Shown: positions 1-10,191, numbered from the stretch's first letter. The stretch is 60,657 nucleotides of DNA from a virus (IMGVR_UViG_3300028895_000276:1-60657); one strand, 5' to 3'. The notes: generated by a model not told the origin, from the letters alone. Numbers and translations: made by a program.

Positions 1-144
1 GAAAAGCTCTACCCACTCAGCGTCGACAAACTCGCGGTCGTAATGGTCGGAGAGATTCGAGACCACCGGGACCGAGCTTATGTCATAGGTCGCTAGCTCC
101 AACATCCAAATGTCGCCCGCCACCGCTATGTCTTGCGTAAGCGC
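1..144. repeat. Terminal direct repeat, identical to 60514-60657 (circular assembly overlap)
   Basis: Exact match of gaaaagctct...ttgcgtaagcgc at both ends; a reading frame runs through the junction. Confidence 0.97.
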
Positions 145-621
145 CCGCGCCGCGCCACCGTCGACGCCGGTCAGAATCGCAAGCCGACAGGAATGGGCCG
201 GGACACTGGACAGCCCGCCGTAGTCGGTCAGAGCCGTGGGGAACTCCAGGACCGCCGCGCCGTAGTCTGGCGTGCCATCGTAAGCGTTGTCCGTGTTGTT
301 CTGGACAAGCACCACCGTGTCGGTCCTGCTTGCCGCGGGCGTGCTGGGGGTGAAGTCCACATTCGACGTGCCGGATGGCGTGGTCGTGTCCTCGTTTAGG
401 AATCCGTGCCCGCGCACAAGCGCTCCACCAGCCGCAACGCGGATAGTCACGCCGCTCGGGTTCGTGACTTCCAAGGCGTCGTGGATTGCATAGAACACGC
501 CGTGGTCCGCCTCATTCCTCACTTGCAGATTCAGAAGCCTGGCCCACTGGTTAGCCGTGTAGCCGCCCGCGTCGGGATAGGTGATTTGCCGCCCTTGCTG
601 GGGTCTTGAGATTTGCGTCAT
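1..621 (-). CDS. 5' part of a tail/baseplate protein spanning the circular junction (about 367 aa total; continues at 60513 to 60031)
   Basis: Hand translation from ATG at 621 (MTQISRPQQG...) has no stop down to base 1 and is in frame with ORF 60031..60636; RBS GGAGAG upstream; missing from the ORF track. Confidence 0.85.
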   Translation of the reverse strand, partial: MTQISRPQQGRQITYPDAGGYTANQWARLLNLQVRNEADHGVFYAIHDALEVTNPSGVTIRVAAGGALVRGHGFLNEDTTTPSGTSNVDFTPSTPAASRTDTVVLVQNNTDNAYDGTPDYGAAVLEFPTALTDYGGLSSVPAHSCRLAILTGVDGGAARALTQDIAVAGDIWMLELATYDISSVPVVSNLSDHYDREFVDAEWVELF

Positions 622-630
622 TTCGCTCTC

Positions 631-1806
631 CTACGGTGCTAGCTCGTACTCAACAACAAAGCCCAGGACGTGAACCGGGCCAGCGATTGTGTCAGCCGGG
701 TCGGTAGCGTCTCTTCCGAACTCCAACGTCAGAACGTCGCCGGGTAGCTGGTCAGCGTAAGCGAAGAGCCCGTCGTATTCGGGGGAACCGACAGAGACCA
801 TGAGCGGTGCCACCGAGAAAGGTTCGGTAGTATCACCGCCGCCAGTCGCCGTCCATCCTCTAGCCGGCAACCTAAACCACGCAGCTTTCGACGTCCAGAA
901 TAGTTCGCCGGATTCGTCGACAGATTCGACCACCGCCCGGACGCTTACGCCGTTTCCCCAGTCTACAGGAAGAACAGCGTCGCCCATAGCTACCGCCCAT
1001 GCGTTGTCAGGAAGCTCGACCACCGAGCGCCCTTGCGCCGTACCCGACCACCAGCGACTCTCGCCATACGTGGTCGCCTGAATCTCACCGCCCGTTGTCT
1101 TGTTGAGTCCGACGTCAGCCGGAATCCACAGCGTCTTGTTGCCGTTGGCTACTTCGACAGAGACCGCCGCGACGGAGTCCGCGGTCGTGTACTTGACCAC
1201 GAAGCCCAGAACGTGAACCGGACCAGCGATTGTATCCGCCGCGCCGGTCGCGTCTCTCATAACTTCAAGCGAAAGGGAATAGCCGGGCGCCAGAGGAAGC
1301 GCCGCAATCCGCGTTGTCGGTCCGGTCTCTTGCCGTTGCCACTTGTACACAAAATCCGTGAGCATCGCCGGGCTTGAACTTCCGCCGGTAGGACCCGTCA
1401 GAGAAGCCCAGGCCGTCTTGACCAGAACCTCGGACGTCCCCAACTCTTCCTCGTTCTCTGTGATAACGTTGACAGAGACAGCCCCGCCGAAGTCCTCAGG
1501 TAAAATGACGTGCCCGACAGCAATGGACAGCGCCCCATCAGGCAACGAAACGACGGGGTAACCCGCCGCAATGTTTGCCCGGTAGGTACTGAATCCGTGA
1601 GGAATCGCCCAGAGCTGCCGGTCTCCTGTCAAGTTGTAGCCAGCCGTAGCAGGTACGTACAGACTCTTAATGCCATCCACAGAGACCGCTCTGACTTCAC
1701 CGGGCGGAAGCCGTCGCGCCGCACTTGCGCCGGAATCCATACCCAAGACAACAAGAACCAAAACCGTAGCAAGTATTCCACTTACGAATCTAAGCCATTT
1801 AGACAC
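631..1806 (-). CDS. Predicted exported protein with two tandem homologous domains, inside the tail module
   Basis: GTG at 1806 after AGGAGG; signal-peptide-like N-terminus (SKWLRFVSGILATVLVLVVLGMDSGASA); motif RDAT..ADTIAGPVHVLGFVV.Y occurs twice. Confidence 0.7.
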   Translation of the reverse strand: MSKWLRFVSGILATVLVLVVLGMDSGASAARRLPPGEVRAVSVDGIKSLYVPATAGYNLTGDRQLWAIPHGFSTYRANIAAGYPVVSLPDGALSIAVGHVILPEDFGGAVSVNVITENEEELGTSEVLVKTAWASLTGPTGGSSSPAMLTDFVYKWQRQETGPTTRIAALPLAPGYSLSLEVMRDATGAADTIAGPVHVLGFVVKYTTADSVAAVSVEVANGNKTLWIPADVGLNKTTGGEIQATTYGESRWWSGTAQGRSVVELPDNAWAVAMGDAVLPVDWGNGVSVRAVVESVDESGELFWTSKAAWFRLPARGWTATGGGDTTEPFSVAPLMVSVGSPEYDGLFAYADQLPGDVLTLEFGRDATDPADTIAGPVHVLGFVVEYELAP

Positions 1807-1814
1807 GTCGCCTC

Positions 1815-3032
1815 CTAGATTGTCCCGTACCGATTCCGCCAAGTCAGGTTGACGGCGCTCGTTGGCGCCGCTCCTGAGAATTCTACCGTGAGCGTGTTAA
1901 CACGGTCATTAGCTGCATCTTGTGAAATGATGAACCCGGAAACGTCGCCGGTTAGGTACATGAAGAGGTCATCGCCCGCCGCGTTCGTCGCCGTTAGGTT
2001 CAAGGTGTCAATGGTCACCACCTCGCCAGCGCCCACCGCGTAGTTGAAGCTGATTTGCGACGCCAGCGGGTTGTTCTTGATGAGGGTGTCTTCCGCTGGA
2101 CCCGTGATCGTAATAACAGGAACCGCACCCTCGTGTCCCCAGTAGGGAATGGCTATGTCATCGCTTACGAAACTGTCAGCGAAGAGCCACCGCTCGGTTC
2201 CCGGAGTCGCGCCAAACGCTGCTCCAGCGTCAGCCACCGCTACGCCAGACGAGCCATAGTCGAAGACCAGGTTCTCGAACTCGTTCGGAATCGCCCAGCT
2301 TTGGGACTGTTCCGCCCCGTACCAGAACGGATCGTTGGCCACGAACCGCAACACCTCGCTATAGCCATCTAGCGCCTGGTCACCACGATCGAACTGTGGC
2401 CCTAGCTCGCAAATACAATACAGATCGCGGTACGCCGGCTCCGTGCGAAACTCCCAGCCAATGCCGGTCTCGTCGTTGGTCATGTTGGTACCCAACGTCA
2501 CACGTCCATCGTGGTTAACCTCAGAGATCGCGTACGTACCGTCATCTGCAGCACTGCCCGATATCGTTAGCCGGCTGCCAGCACGCAACCCATAGTGAGC
2601 GAAGCGCGCCGTGATGCTCTGCACCTCGTCACTGCCGGCTGTCAGCACCAAGTCATGGCCGCGTACGACCATACCGCCGGCAAGCCACCTGCGGTAGATC
2701 AGCGGTGTGGGTTGGCTAGCAGCCGGGAAGAGCCTAGAAGGCCGCAGCAGATCCACCATATCCCATCTGACCTCTTGCTGCGCCAGGATACACCGTAGCT
2801 GCTCGACTATCACAACCTGGATGATACGGTTGTCATACCTGAAGTCTAGTAGCGTAGAGCCGTGCTGCAGCGGTCCGCGCTGTTCGATTATCCGGATAGG
2901 TGGCATCCCGAACCCGCTAGCAGACTGTAGCTGCGAGTGCGTCGCACCCAGCAGCGTCAGCAACGGATATTGGCGATAGGTACCATCTGGCATAGGTACG
3001 CGTATGAGGTCAGCTACGTCAAGATAGCTCAT
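1815..3032 (-). CDS. Distal tail (Dit-like) protein
   Basis: Immediately downstream of the tape measure gene; Dit-like segments (GFGMPP, F.ANDPFWYG, PVITITGP, W.NRY at the C-terminus). Confidence 0.75.
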   Translation of the reverse strand: MSYLDVADLIRVPMPDGTYRQYPLLTLLGATHSQLQSASGFGMPPIRIIEQRGPLQHGSTLLDFRYDNRIIQVVIVEQLRCILAQQEVRWDMVDLLRPSRLFPAASQPTPLIYRRWLAGGMVVRGHDLVLTAGSDEVQSITARFAHYGLRAGSRLTISGSAADDGTYAISEVNHDGRVTLGTNMTNDETGIGWEFRTEPAYRDLYCICELGPQFDRGDQALDGYSEVLRFVANDPFWYGAEQSQSWAIPNEFENLVFDYGSSGVAVADAGAAFGATPGTERWLFADSFVSDDIAIPYWGHEGAVPVITITGPAEDTLIKNNPLASQISFNYAVGAGEVVTIDTLNLTATNAAGDDLFMYLTGDVSGFIISQDAANDRVNTLTVEFSGAAPTSAVNLTWRNRYGTI

Positions 3033-5719
3033 GCCGCTATCGCTCCTTTAGCTTCCATAGCGCTGAATTCTAAAGCCAGCCCACCAGGACGTAGCATACT
3101 CTGCGCCACTAGTGTGTACTGCGGACTGTAAGTCGTGTTGTTCTCGATCACGCTGCTACCCTGTCCGGGCATCGTGTACTGCCCACCGGTGTTAGAACCA
3201 GCCATCCCCGGTAGTACCATCTGTGGCTGTATCACCATCCTGTCCATATCCTTGGCGAAGTCAGCCCACGCTGTGTGGATAGGCAACGGTGACCCCGGTG
3301 TTGCCCAGTCTGGTAAGTCAGGTATCTTGATCTTGAAGCTAAACACCTTACCAGTGATCCAATTCCAGAAACCCTTGACCGCTGCGACTAGCTGATCCCA
3401 GTTCTCCTTCACTGGTGCGATGGCCGTTTCGATGCTGGTCATGGCCGATTCCCATATCAGACGGAACGCCTCGACCGCGTTCTGTAGCCGGACCTCTAGC
3501 CAGTCCTTGATTACCGCCCATATCGGCTCGATGATCTTCCAGGCTGCCTGGAAATCAGCCTTCATCTTGTTCCAGTCATCTTTCCACTTATTCATCAAGA
3601 GATCGATCCACGGCATCAAGTTATCGTTGATCCAACGTCCGATCTCTGCCCATAGGGTCTCGATGAAGTACCACGCGTTGCTAGTAGCTAGCTCGATGTC
3701 TGCCCAGATCTCTGTCCACTTGTTCCACAGATCCTCGACCGTAGGTATGAGCTTGCCTGTCACCCACTCGCTTAGGGTAGTCCAGATGTTCTCGATGGTA
3801 GCCCACGCATTCTCTAGTGCTGATTGAATAGCAGGCCATGCGGTATTTACCCAAAAGTCCTTGAGCGTAGCGAGTGCTGCGGGCACGTTCTCCTGCAGCC
3901 ACGTCCATACCTGTTCCAGTACTGGACGCGCTGTGCCGTCCCAAAACGCCGTGAGTGCCGAAGCTATACCGAGGAAATCCTCTTCCCATAGCTTACGTAG
4001 ACTGGCTACCACTGCGATAGCTAGGCCGATAGCCGCTACCACCGCCGCGATGGGCGCTAGGAACGACACCACAGCCGGCACTACCACGCCCAGTATGACA
4101 CCAGCTAGGACCACCAACACATCCTGTAGCGCGATGTTGTCTACCACCCACGCTCGTACGGTCTCGATGAGCGGCAGCACGTTCTCCTGCAGCCAGATCA
4201 CCGCTTCGACTATCGCGTACATGATGTCTGCTAGCCACTCCGGGAAGATGTCCTCCCACGGGTAGTCGATGCCGAACACGCCAGCTTGCATATCCTGGAA
4301 CAGCAATATCAGGCCGCCGATGATCTCTAGCACCGGCTGTGCGAACTCTGGCACGTGCGTTAGCCAGTCGTTCAGCAGATCACCGTCCTCTGATACCGCT
4401 AGCAGGTACTTAAGCACGCCACTTAAGCCCTCGCCTATGCTCTCGAAGATAGCTATCAGGGTAGGTCCGTGCGTCTCGACCATGCTAGCAACCCAGCCTA
4501 GCAGATCCGTCAGTACTGGCATCAGCGCCGTACCTATCTGGATCTTGATGGTCTCGACAGTGCCCTCGAATGCCTCCATCCGTCCTGCTAGCGTATCAGC
4601 CTTACGCGCCGCCTGCTCCTGTGTGGTGGCCGCTTCGGAGATCGCTTCCTCCATATCGCGCCACCCATCAGCACCAGCCTGTAGCAGCTTACCCATGCCG
4701 CGTTGACCTTGCTTCGTGAAGATGGTTGCCAACGCCGCGTCGCGCTCTGCAGCGCCCAGGTCGACGAACGCATCTTCGAACTCCTCCACGATGTTAACCA
4801 TGGGTTTCATCTGGCCGGTGACTGTGTCGCGTACCTCGATGCCGAGGTCAGCTAGCGCCTCCGCGCCGGCGTCTGTAGGTGCCTTCAGGCTGTCCAGTGC
4901 GTTTGCCACTGCTGTACCAGCGAAGGATCCTTCCATGCCCTGCATACTAAGGACTGCCAGCGCCGTGTTCATCTCTTCGATGGGGCGGTTGGCGCTCGAG
5001 AAAGACGTACTAGCCATCTGCCACGCGGCTGCCATCCCGGTAACGTCCGTCTTGGACGCATCCGCAGCCATCACCATGTTGTTGAGTGCGTCGTTCATGA
5101 ACTGCGCCTTGTCGGCGTCAGTATCTAGCTCACTCCCGAACGACGACAGCGCCACGGTAGCCAGACCGGATGCCGCAGCCATATCCAGCTCTGTGGCTGC
5201 TGCCATGTCGATAGAAGCACGCAGCGCACCGCCTAACTCAGCCGTGCCAGCTAGGTAGCCCTGCAGATCACCGAATACGAGGTTAGTGCTCAGACCAGAC
5301 TTATATAGCTCGATCAGCGATTCGGAAGCACCGGTGGCAGACACGCCTAGCAAGTCCGTGTCGCCACCCACCATGATAGCCGCATCGCGTAATGTGTCGA
5401 ACGACAAGCCGGTAGCGCTGGCCGCTATCTCCAGATCCGCCATCGAGGAGTCAAAGTCGATTGCCATGCCGACGCCCTCTTCGACGAAGTCGCCCATGGC
5501 CCTACCGGCACCGCGCACGGCGTTGACCGCCGAGTTAGCCGCGTTTACTAGAGTGTTACCTAGAGCAGTACCTAGTGTCGTGGACACGGTGCGCGACAAG
5601 AGGCTGCCGGTCTTGTCCAGACCCATCATCAGCTTGTCAGCACCACCCAGCGCCGACTTGAACTGTCCCCAGCCCTGAACTAGGAACTCGGTAACGAACT
5701 GCTCAGTCACTCCGGGCAT
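3029..5719 (-). CDS. Tail tape measure protein (TP901-like)
   Basis: 896 aa, Ala-rich helical, FDSSM..L and GS.AGTA motifs, Trp-periodic C-terminal repeats, central hydrophobic segments. Confidence 0.93.
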   Translation of the reverse strand: MPGVTEQFVTEFLVQGWGQFKSALGGADKLMMGLDKTGSLLSRTVSTTLGTALGNTLVNAANSAVNAVRGAGRAMGDFVEEGVGMAIDFDSSMADLEIAASATGLSFDTLRDAAIMVGGDTDLLGVSATGASESLIELYKSGLSTNLVFGDLQGYLAGTAELGGALRASIDMAAATELDMAAASGLATVALSSFGSELDTDADKAQFMNDALNNMVMAADASKTDVTGMAAAWQMASTSFSSANRPIEEMNTALAVLSMQGMEGSFAGTAVANALDSLKAPTDAGAEALADLGIEVRDTVTGQMKPMVNIVEEFEDAFVDLGAAERDAALATIFTKQGQRGMGKLLQAGADGWRDMEEAISEAATTQEQAARKADTLAGRMEAFEGTVETIKIQIGTALMPVLTDLLGWVASMVETHGPTLIAIFESIGEGLSGVLKYLLAVSEDGDLLNDWLTHVPEFAQPVLEIIGGLILLFQDMQAGVFGIDYPWEDIFPEWLADIMYAIVEAVIWLQENVLPLIETVRAWVVDNIALQDVLVVLAGVILGVVVPAVVSFLAPIAAVVAAIGLAIAVVASLRKLWEEDFLGIASALTAFWDGTARPVLEQVWTWLQENVPAALATLKDFWVNTAWPAIQSALENAWATIENIWTTLSEWVTGKLIPTVEDLWNKWTEIWADIELATSNAWYFIETLWAEIGRWINDNLMPWIDLLMNKWKDDWNKMKADFQAAWKIIEPIWAVIKDWLEVRLQNAVEAFRLIWESAMTSIETAIAPVKENWDQLVAAVKGFWNWITGKVFSFKIKIPDLPDWATPGSPLPIHTAWADFAKDMDRMVIQPQMVLPGMAGSNTGGQYTMPGQGSSVIENNTTYSPQYTLVAQSMLRPGGLALEFSAMEAKGAIAA

Positions 5720-5747
5720 ATCTCACCTGCCGATCTAGTCGGCGTGT

Positions 5748-6176
5748 CTAGTCCTCGTCTGCTGTGCTGGACATCGACATGATCGCCTTGCACAACTCCC
5801 ACGCTTCAGCTTCGTCTTCGACCACCTCGTGCAGCACCCACGCAGCCCGGACCGATCGCTGGTTCTCACTGCTCAGTCCCATTTCGACCAGCATCTCTGC
5901 CATCTCTTTAGGTGGGTCTGTTACGATGCCGTAGCCGAAGCAGTAGTTCATGATACCCATGACGGATCTGGTCTGTGACGACCTCAGACCGTTCTTGACG
6001 ATAGCAGCACGCACCTCGTCCTGCGAGTTGGCGTCTGCCAGATCCTTGTTGCCGGCGCTGAGCTTGATCATCAGCGATGTGAGCGGCAACGTGTTGACCT
6101 TCCTGCATACGATGGTCACGCCGCGTGCGGTGGTCACCTCTAGCGTGCCCGGTGCCTCTCCTGCCTTGGTTTGCAT
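5748..6176 (-). CDS. Probable tail assembly chaperone
   Basis: Position just upstream of the tape measure gene; ATG at 6176 after AAGGAGG. Confidence 0.55.
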   Translation of the reverse strand: MQTKAGEAPGTLEVTTARGVTIVCRKVNTLPLTSLMIKLSAGNKDLADANSQDEVRAAIVKNGLRSSQTRSVMGIMNYCFGYGIVTDPPKEMAEMLVEMGLSSENQRSVRAAWVLHEVVEDEAEAWELCKAIMSMSSTADED

Positions 6177-6210
6177 CCTACTGCCTCCTTGGTGATGGTG
6201 GTCCTCGCTT

Positions 6211-6316
6211 CCGATGCCGTCCCGCTGCAACGGGAGATACTCTCCTTGCTCTTCGTGGTATCCTAAGCTATGTCAGGCCCTGTGTGAGCCGTCCCGTGCA
6301 AGGAAAATACCTTCCG
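6211..6316 (-). repeat. Dispersed intergenic hairpin element, copy A
   Basis: Minus-strand arms CGGAAGGTATTTTCCTTGC and GCAAGGAGAGTATCTCCCG; homologous to copies at 14859, 32279, 37942, 49554. Confidence 0.85.
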
Positions 6317-7000
6317 TTAAAGCCGACGTCTACCGCCACGACCTTTATTGCTAGCCTCCCTGTCTGCCAACCACTTGATCTTGGCTAGAATCGCGTACTG
6401 TGCTACCACCTCGCTCTGCTCCGGTCCCGTCAGGCTGCAGAACTCCTGCCACGATAGATGCTGCTCGGTGGCCGCTAGACGTGCCTGCAAGACTGCGGAC
6501 ATCCGTGCGTCGCCACCGGTGATGCGGTACTGCTCTAGCGGTATGCCCTTCCACCTAGCGTCGAATGCTGCGTACGCCTCATCTAGACCTCGTTCTGTCA
6601 CGGTGCTTAGGTACAGGGTCTCTTCGACGACAGACACTAGGTCATCGCGTGACCCTAGTGCTATGTTCTGCAAGTACTCTATGGTGCTGTCCGTCGAGAT
6701 CCCGAGGTCATGCATCTCCAGCACCCGAGGATCCCGCCGCCAGTCAGCCGGCTCCACTATCAGCACCGAGTGTGCTAAGATGTTCAACTGCTCTAAGGCC
6801 ATCGAGACCCGGTATTCCTGCATAGCCGCCTGGTAGTCAGGATCATCTAGTACCGGCACCTCTTCCACGCCGCCGCCCAGCACGACCACCTCGCGTACCG
6901 GTGGCTGTGGCGCCGGCTGCGATACAGAGTATCTGTCGATCACGCGCCGGTCTATGCGCACGATTTCCAGCACTACGCCGGCGGACGTTATGTAGCGCAC
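6317..7000 (-). CDS. Probable tail assembly chaperone
   Basis: 227 aa ORF between the tail tube genes and the tape measure gene. Confidence 0.55.
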   Translation of the reverse strand: MRYITSAGVVLEIVRIDRRVIDRYSVSQPAPQPPVREVVVLGGGVEEVPVLDDPDYQAAMQEYRVSMALEQLNILAHSVLIVEPADWRRDPRVLEMHDLGISTDSTIEYLQNIALGSRDDLVSVVEETLYLSTVTERGLDEAYAAFDARWKGIPLEQYRITGGDARMSAVLQARLAATEQHLSWQEFCSLTGPEQSEVVAQYAILAKIKWLADREASNKGRGGRRRL

Positions 7001-7014
7001 TCAGCACCAGTATG

Positions 7015-7056
7015 ACGGCAAGGCACAGAACCTAAGCCCTGTGCCTAGTACCGTCA
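7015..7056 (-). terminator. Stem-loop after the tail tube genes
   Basis: gacggcaaggcacag...ctgtgcctagtaccgtc imperfect inverted repeat just after the stop at 7069; no U-tract. Confidence 0.5.
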
Positions 7057-7068
7057 CGCTATGCTGCA

Positions 7069-8076
7069 CTACGAAATCACCGCGACGAAGCCGGTGTTGG
7101 CTCCATCCCCTCCAACAACGAGTGCGCGGTTGTTGTCGCAGCACACCACATCAGCCGGAGCATAGTCGGTGGTTAGAGCGTCGAAGCCAGTCTCCGCTAC
7201 CCACTGCCCCGTACCCCACCCAGTATTGCGATAGACCTTGTGCTGCGCTGGGAGTCCGTCACCGGTAGCCACGACGTAGGTAACCCCAGCCTTGTCGATG
7301 CTGCCGCAAGGACATGACGAGATCGCCGTGATCGCTGGCGAAGAATCGAGGTCGGGCAACTCTGCTTGCTGCGTCCAGGTCTCGCCGCCGTCTGTGGTCT
7401 GCCACAACTCGCCGTCATCGTTGCCGACCAGCACGTCGTTCTCACCGACGATCTCGATAGCGGTCAACGCGTCTGTGGCACTCGGTCCGGTCAGAGCAAA
7501 CCACGAGTAGCCGCCGTTCGTGCTCTTGATGATCGCGTTGCTCGCGCCGATCGCGTAGACCACGCTCGGGTTGCGTCGGCAGATCTTGACCTTGGTGAGG
7601 TTCTGTGCTGTGGCGCTGCCGCTCTCCACCTCTGTGTAGGTCTGTCCGTAGTCCGTGGACAACCATACTCGCCCGGTGCCACCAACGATAATGCACAAGG
7701 ACGGATGGACGCAGTCGCCGGCGTACGGTTCGTACGTTGCCATGGACGTAGCACCAGCAACGTAGGAGACAGAGCTACCCTTGTCGCCGGACACTGCCAG
7801 CGGTAGCGTCTCACCGCCGTTGATAACGGTCAGGAAATCGCCCACGCCGAAAACGTCCGAAGGATCCTCTGTGGTCCACGAGGTCAGGCCGATGCCGGAC
7901 CATTGCGAGAAGATGCCACCCTTCTCATTGACGTAGAGCCACGGTGAACCCTCGTTGCCAAGGACTGACACGATCGCAAACGCGCACTCCTCAGCTTCGG
8001 CGCAGCCCTTAGCACAGCCCTCGCCGTTGAGCGAGACTGCCGCTGCGATAGAGACATCTTGTGTGATCTCAGCCAT
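7069..8076 (-). CDS. BNR/YCF48-like beta-propeller virion protein (tail-associated)
   Basis: Asp-box repeats STDYGQTY, STNGGYSW, TTDGGETW; ATG at 8076 after GGAGG. Confidence 0.75.
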   Translation of the reverse strand: MAEITQDVSIAAAVSLNGEGCAKGCAEAEECAFAIVSVLGNEGSPWLYVNEKGGIFSQWSGIGLTSWTTEDPSDVFGVGDFLTVINGGETLPLAVSGDKGSSVSYVAGATSMATYEPYAGDCVHPSLCIIVGGTGRVWLSTDYGQTYTEVESGSATAQNLTKVKICRRNPSVVYAIGASNAIIKSTNGGYSWFALTGPSATDALTAIEIVGENDVLVGNDDGELWQTTDGGETWTQQAELPDLDSSPAITAISSCPCGSIDKAGVTYVVATGDGLPAQHKVYRNTGWGTGQWVAETGFDALTTDYAPADVVCCDNNRALVVGGDGANTGFVAVIS

Positions 8077-8078
8077 CT

Positions 8079-8567
8079 TTACGTACCTCCGCCGAAGGTT
8101 GATACAGCCATCGCCACGCGCCTGATCGTGCACTGACTGACGGCAGACCACGGCAAGCTGGTAACCAGCTCCTCTTCATCCTCAGACATCGAGGAGCCGC
8201 CCTTGTCGACGGTGTCTGCGTTGCCCATCACTGCACGAACGATCTTGTCCCATGAGTTGAACGCGCCTAGGTCGCGGCACGCGTGCCTGCGGTCGATGTC
8301 CCACAAGCACGTCTCCAGGTCATCACCGATACCAGCCGAAACCGATTCCTTGACGGTGAGCGTCGTGGTCACGAGACCGGGTGTGCCCTTGGTCGTGCCA
8401 GTCACCTGCAGGCCGCCATTCGGACCCTGACAGAACGTCGGATTCGTGCTACCCTTCTCCTCGACGATCCTGTCGATTGCGGCACAGCGCCCAGCCCACT
8501 GAAAAGGCTCCAGACCGTAGCTGCGCCGCGCCCATACGGTGTTCTGAGTAGTCGTAACGACATCCAT
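8079..8567 (-). CDS. Probable tail tube (major tail) protein domain
   Basis: Synteny between neck genes and chaperones; Thr/Gly-rich; ATG at 8567 after AGGAGGG. Confidence 0.5.
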   Translation of the reverse strand: MDVVTTTQNTVWARRSYGLEPFQWAGRCAAIDRIVEEKGSTNPTFCQGPNGGLQVTGTTKGTPGLVTTTLTVKESVSAGIGDDLETCLWDIDRRHACRDLGAFNSWDKIVRAVMGNADTVDKGGSSMSEDEEELVTSLPWSAVSQCTIRRVAMAVSTFGGGT

Positions 8568-8581
8568 GCTAAACCCTCCTG

Positions 8582-9121
8582 TTATCCTCTGTCCATCTTG
8601 CGGACTGCCCTGCGCCACGCGTTCTCGGTCTCCCTAGAGTAGTACCGCTTGTGCAGGTTAGCAACCACCTGTGGCCACTCCCTAGGAGCGGTACCAGGAT
8701 GGTCTATTACCACCGGTCCACGAAACGTACCGTTGGCAACCGTACCAGGACCGCCAAACCACGTGCCTCCAGGACCGGTCTTGGCCATGTACGAACCCTT
8801 ACCACCCCAGTTGAAACTGAGATGTGGTGCGTTCTTAGCCTGGATAGGGTGCGGATCAGTGCCTTGGACGTTCCACCACCATATCTGCTTGACCTCGTCC
8901 GATCCTACAGGGTACACGTACAGTCTGAACCCGTCAACCGAAGCAACAAACCTGCCACGGAACGATGGCTTGTTAGTCCAGTTGGCGACGATCCTGTCGA
9001 ACGCCGATACAAACTCAGGCTTGACCCTGTCGTTATGTACGCGTTCCATCTCATCAAGGACCAGCGGGTACCTGCCAAACTTGCGCCTCCCACGGTGAAG
9101 CCGCATAGCTACATTGGCCAT
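8582..9121 (-). CDS. Neck/tail-completion protein (HK97 gp10-like)
   Basis: Basic protein with GT.PH.I and HPGT motifs typical of tail completion proteins. Confidence 0.6.
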   Translation of the reverse strand: MANVAMRLHRGRRKFGRYPLVLDEMERVHNDRVKPEFVSAFDRIVANWTNKPSFRGRFVASVDGFRLYVYPVGSDEVKQIWWWNVQGTDPHPIQAKNAPHLSFNWGGKGSYMAKTGPGGTWFGGPGTVANGTFRGPVVIDHPGTAPREWPQVVANLHKRYYSRETENAWRRAVRKMDRG

Positions 9122-10191
9122 TACAGCACCGCCGACCTATAGAGCTGCATACCCGGCGCCTTGGCGAAGTTGTACGCCGCCCATGCGCCTTCCTCAGGTC
9201 CGAATAGCGAGATGCCACGGTTTGGTCTCCCTAGCGAGTCCACCACGACCATTCGGTCCCTCTCCCACATCCGGTTCGCTGCGTCACACCCGCACGGCTC
9301 TGACGGCATCTTGGCATGCGCTAGCCTGATGATGGCGTCTTGCGCCTGTCTGCCCCACGAGGTGAGGTAACCATTCTCATCAGCATACTCTCTGCCGGCG
9401 TAGTAGTTTAGCCGTGCCTTGTACAACCGCCCACACGCGGTGATGCAGTCAGCCCTCACCAGCACGCTACCTATCAAAGGCTTGCGCACGTAAATGCACG
9501 CATCCTGTGTGGTCTCGGTGCACGATGTCCTGGTCTGGCACTGCTGGAACACCAGCTCTGCCGGGTTGTTGTCCACGTTGTAGACGCGCACCACATCAGC
9601 GGTAGCCGAGAAGTTGTTCACGTCGTCGTAGGCGATGCCGGCTGTGCTGTTATCCACCAACTCAGGCTTGACCATCCTGCAGCGCGGTATACTGATCGTC
9701 ATTGCGCCACCCGAGATCGTGATAGCTGATGGTATGATCTCGATGTCGCTGCCAGGGTGATATACCTTGATCTCTCGAGGATCCGTGACCGTGGTAGCGA
9801 ACGGACCAACCGTGGCCGGGTCATCCACATGAGAGACAGCCTGCCCAGCAGTGATCGTAGTTACCGTGCGCACGCCGCCGCTGATCACGTATCCCCAGTC
9901 AGCGATGATTGGCCACTCGTAGTCGTGCTCTTCGTCCGTCTGCCAGCGTCGCCCGATCGTGTAGTTGAGGACCTCTTCGATCTCGTACTGAGCCTCTGCC
10001 AGGTAGTACTGTATCCAGTCTCTCTGGTCCTTGGTCCATATAGTACGGCAGTCGGCACTAGGTACGCAGTCAGCGTTTCCAACCACGCCGAACATCGAAC
10101 ACTCGCACACCTGCACGTGTCGTGCATAGGCAGCTAGCGAGACTATGCTAGTCTCTGGTACCTGTAGCGTCTGCTCTGGTACAATGGCCAT
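9121..10191 (-). CDS. Probable head-tail connector protein
   Basis: Synteny; AEAQYEIEEVL and LNYYAG...AIIRLAH segments resemble gp6-like adaptors. Confidence 0.55.
   Translation of the reverse strand: MAIVPEQTLQVPETSIVSLAAYARHVQVCECSMFGVVGNADCVPSADCRTIWTKDQRDWIQYYLAEAQYEIEEVLNYTIGRRWQTDEEHDYEWPIIADWGYVISGGVRTVTTITAGQAVSHVDDPATVGPFATTVTDPREIKVYHPGSDIEIIPSAITISGGAMTISIPRCRMVKPELVDNSTAGIAYDDVNNFSATADVVRVYNVDNNPAELVFQQCQTRTSCTETTQDACIYVRKPLIGSVLVRADCITACGRLYKARLNYYAGREYADENGYLTSWGRQAQDAIIRLAHAKMPSEPCGCDAANRMWERDRMVVVDSLGRPNRGISLFGPEEGAWAAYNFAKAPGMQLYRSAVL

Noticed and set aside
1-144. Biological terminal repeat defining genome ends
   Set aside because: It falls in the middle of a tail gene and has the size of an assembler overlap; it supports circularity only.
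3135-5678. Plus-strand ORFs opposite the tape measure gene, and similar antisense ORFs elsewhere
   Set aside because: Shadow ORFs from GC-rich codon bias, without RBS or motifs.
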